Source: Dipteris shenzhenensis
Taxonomy: Eukaryota
Assembly (NCBI GenBank): GCA_047967505.1
Contig: CM106538.1
Strand: one strand, 5' to 3'
DNA length: 64,000 nucleotides
Below are positions 61,383-64,000 of this stretch, piece after piece. Positions within the stretch are counted from its first letter, which is position 1; each line of letters begins with the position of its first letter. Below the pieces are notes generated by a model, which was given only the letters and a program-made list of their open reading frames with translations, searched no databases and was not told the DNA's origin. The position numbers and the translations under genes were made by a program.

Positions 61383-64000
61383 AGACTTTAAAGCTTACTT
61401 GAGTAATGCATTCAAACTTGCATTGCTCCATCCATACATGGTTCGCAAGTTTAGTAACTCAAGGGAGGCACGTAGAACAAAGAATGTGCACCCCTCAAAC
61501 AGTGGAGTCGATCCTGTGATAAAAAGATCGTCCTGCACCATGCTATCATCCCTCCCTTCGGATTGATGGACATATAAATCCCGCACCATATCATCAAACA
61601 CGTCCTCCTCCACGGCTTCATGAGGTAGTGGCGGAGGGCTACTATCACCATCACTCCATGCATCCGTAACGGTCTCTCCTGAAGATCCCACCTCATATCG
61701 CCGACGCTTCGCCTCCTCACGGCGAGCATAGGGCAACATATGCGGGTGTGCATTGCATCTTGTATCAAATTAAAATGGGATCATAACTCAAACATATGAA
61801 CACCCATAGGTATCTCAATCAACCTTAACTCTTTAACACTTACCATGTTTACGGTCGCATCCCATTCTCCATACTTTGAGATGTGATTGAGTGTAATCCT
61901 ACGTGCACGATACATGTTTCCTCGACATCGATCACACATACATTTGATTTTTTGCTCCAACCACATTTCGTGATGGTGGATACGGAGGGACTCATCCTCA
62001 CTGGCGCTACTTGTTGAAGATGAAGACATCCTACAAACAAAACCCAAAAAAATTTGCTTTTCTTCAAATATTTAATTTTAAAACTTTGTGGCTTCATGAG
62101 GTAGAGGCGGAGGGCTACTATCACCATCACTCCATGCATCCGTAACGGTCTCTCCTGAAGATCCCACCTCATATCGCCGACGCTTCGCCTCCTCACGACG
62201 AGCATAGGGCAACATATGCGGGTGTGCATTGCATCCTGTATCAAATTAAAATGGGATCATAACTCAAACATATGAACACCCATAGGTATCTCAATCAACC
62301 TTAACTCTTTAACACTTACCATGTTTACGGTCGCATCCCATTCTCCATACTTTGAGATGTGATTGAGTGTAATCCTACGTGCACGATACATGTTTCCTCG
62401 ACATCGATCACACATACATTTGATTTTTTGCTCCAACCACATTTCGTGATGGTGGATACGGAGGGACTCATCCTCACTGGCGCTACTTGTTGAAGATGAA
62501 GACATCCTACAAACAAAACCCAAAAAAATTTGCTTTTCTTCAAATATTTAATTTTAAACTCTGTGGCGCGTCTGGAGGCGCATCTAAAACCACGTCTATC
62601 CGTTCTATGGTGCACGTCTATAGGCGTGTCTAAAACCGCATCTACGAGCTGTGTATTTAGATGCGCTTATAGATGCAGTTTTCGACACGACTATAGATGC
62701 GGTTTTCAAATCTACTTATAGTGCGCTTGCTTTGCTTCAATATGCTTCCACGTAGGAGAGTCTACGGGAGTTCTCCACTTGCCATCGGTTGATCGATGGG
62801 AGGAATGGCATGACATGAGCTTTGCAATGGATTTGCACTTGAACATATGTTGGATGCGAGGGATTATGGGAAAATGTTGCAAAACCTTATGAGGCACGTC
62901 CAAAGTTTTGAAATCTGCTCTATATCTTGCCTCTCCACAAGTAGGGCACTCTCTTGCATCCTTATGTAGTCCACGAAACAAAACGCAATAGTTGACGCAT
63001 GCATGGATGCACTTGTAATCTAATCCTCCAAGAGAGGTCACATGTTGCCTTGCCATATCTCTTGAGATCGGTAATTTATTCTCCCTTGGAAGCATTTTAC
63101 ACAATAGCCTGCACGTGAAGACCATAAATGAGGAAAAGCATTCGAGTAATTGACCCACTAGCATAATTCAACATGTTTGCAAAATAGACTTTAAAGCTTA
63201 CTTGAGTAATGCATTCAAACTTGCATTGCTCCATCCATAGATGGTTTGCAAGTTTAGTAACTCAAGGGAGGCACGTAGAACAAAGAATGTGCACCCCTCA
63301 AACAGTGGAGTCGATCCTGCAGTAAAAAGATCATCTTGCACCATGCTATCATCCCTCCCTTCGGATTGATGGACATATAAATCCCGCACCATATCATCAA
63401 ACACCTCCTCCTCCACGGCTTCATGAGGTAATGGCGGAGGGCTACTATCACCGTCACTCCATGCATCCGTAACGGTCCCTCTTGAAGATCCCACCTCATA
63501 TCGCCGATGCTGCGCCTCCTCACAGCGAGCATAGGGCAACATATGCGAGTGTGGCACTACATCCTGTATCAAATCAAAACTCAAACATATGAACACCCAT
63601 AGGTATCTCAATCAACCTTAACTCTTTAACACTTACCATGTTTATGGTCGCATCCCATTCTCCATACTTTGAGATGTGATTGAGTGTAATCCTATGTGCA
63701 CCATACATGTTTCCTCGACATCGATCACACGTACATTTGATTTTTTGCTCCAACCACATTTTGCGATGGTGGATACGGAGGGATTCATCCTCACTGGAGC
63801 TACTTGTTGAAGATGAAGACATCCTACAAACAAACAACCCAAAAAAATTTGCTTTTCTTCAAATATTTAATTTTAAAACTCTGTGGCGCATCTAAAACCG
63901 CGTCTGTAAGTTCTGTGGTGCACGTCTATAGGCACATCTAAAACCGCATCTACGAGCTATGTATTTAGATGCGAAATTACACGCGCTTATAGACACGCTT
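61383..64000 (-). mobile_element. CACTA (En/Spm) transposon 5' halves, nested/duplicated; TnpD-like transposase fragments
   Basis: IKCMCDRC (transposase-associated domain), PLFEGC..YGWSNAS, LPRENKLP, IHACVNYCVLF..CPTCGEARY..HFPIIPRI. CACTA terminus at 62723 (minus) with subterminal repeats at 62565-62715 and 63885-64000. Confidence 0.92.

Overview
Eukaryotic nuclear DNA from a land plant, most likely a fern (inferred from a plastid rbcL insert with fern-like residues and apparent unedited C-to-U sites, plus very large TE-filled introns). Two main layers are visible. (1) The last four coding exons of a GPAT9-type glycerol-3-phosphate acyltransferase (+ strand; 4657-4742, 32929-33048, 33184-33282, 45197-45245) are invisible in the ORF track. 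They are separated by introns of about 28 kb, 135 bp and 12 kb. The introns hold a young Ty3/gypsy element with both LTRs (9309-18356), a decayed Ty1/copia interrupted by a hAT-type MITE, several L1-like and RTE/RTEX-like LINEs, and an ORF1-only LINE derivative. (2) Downstream of the gene is a decayed but reconstructable Helitron-like RepHel gene (about 52389-56452). It is followed by a spliced gene ending in a GIY-YIG nuclease exon and a candidate hairpin+CTAG terminus. Upstream lies a mosaic of ~182-bp satellite, duplicated RepHel fragment and rbcL NUPT. The window ends in nested/duplicated 5' halves of a CACTA transposon. The Helitron + GIY-YIG module is the best candidate for an unusual system. 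All calls are from motif recognition by eye; no database search was run.
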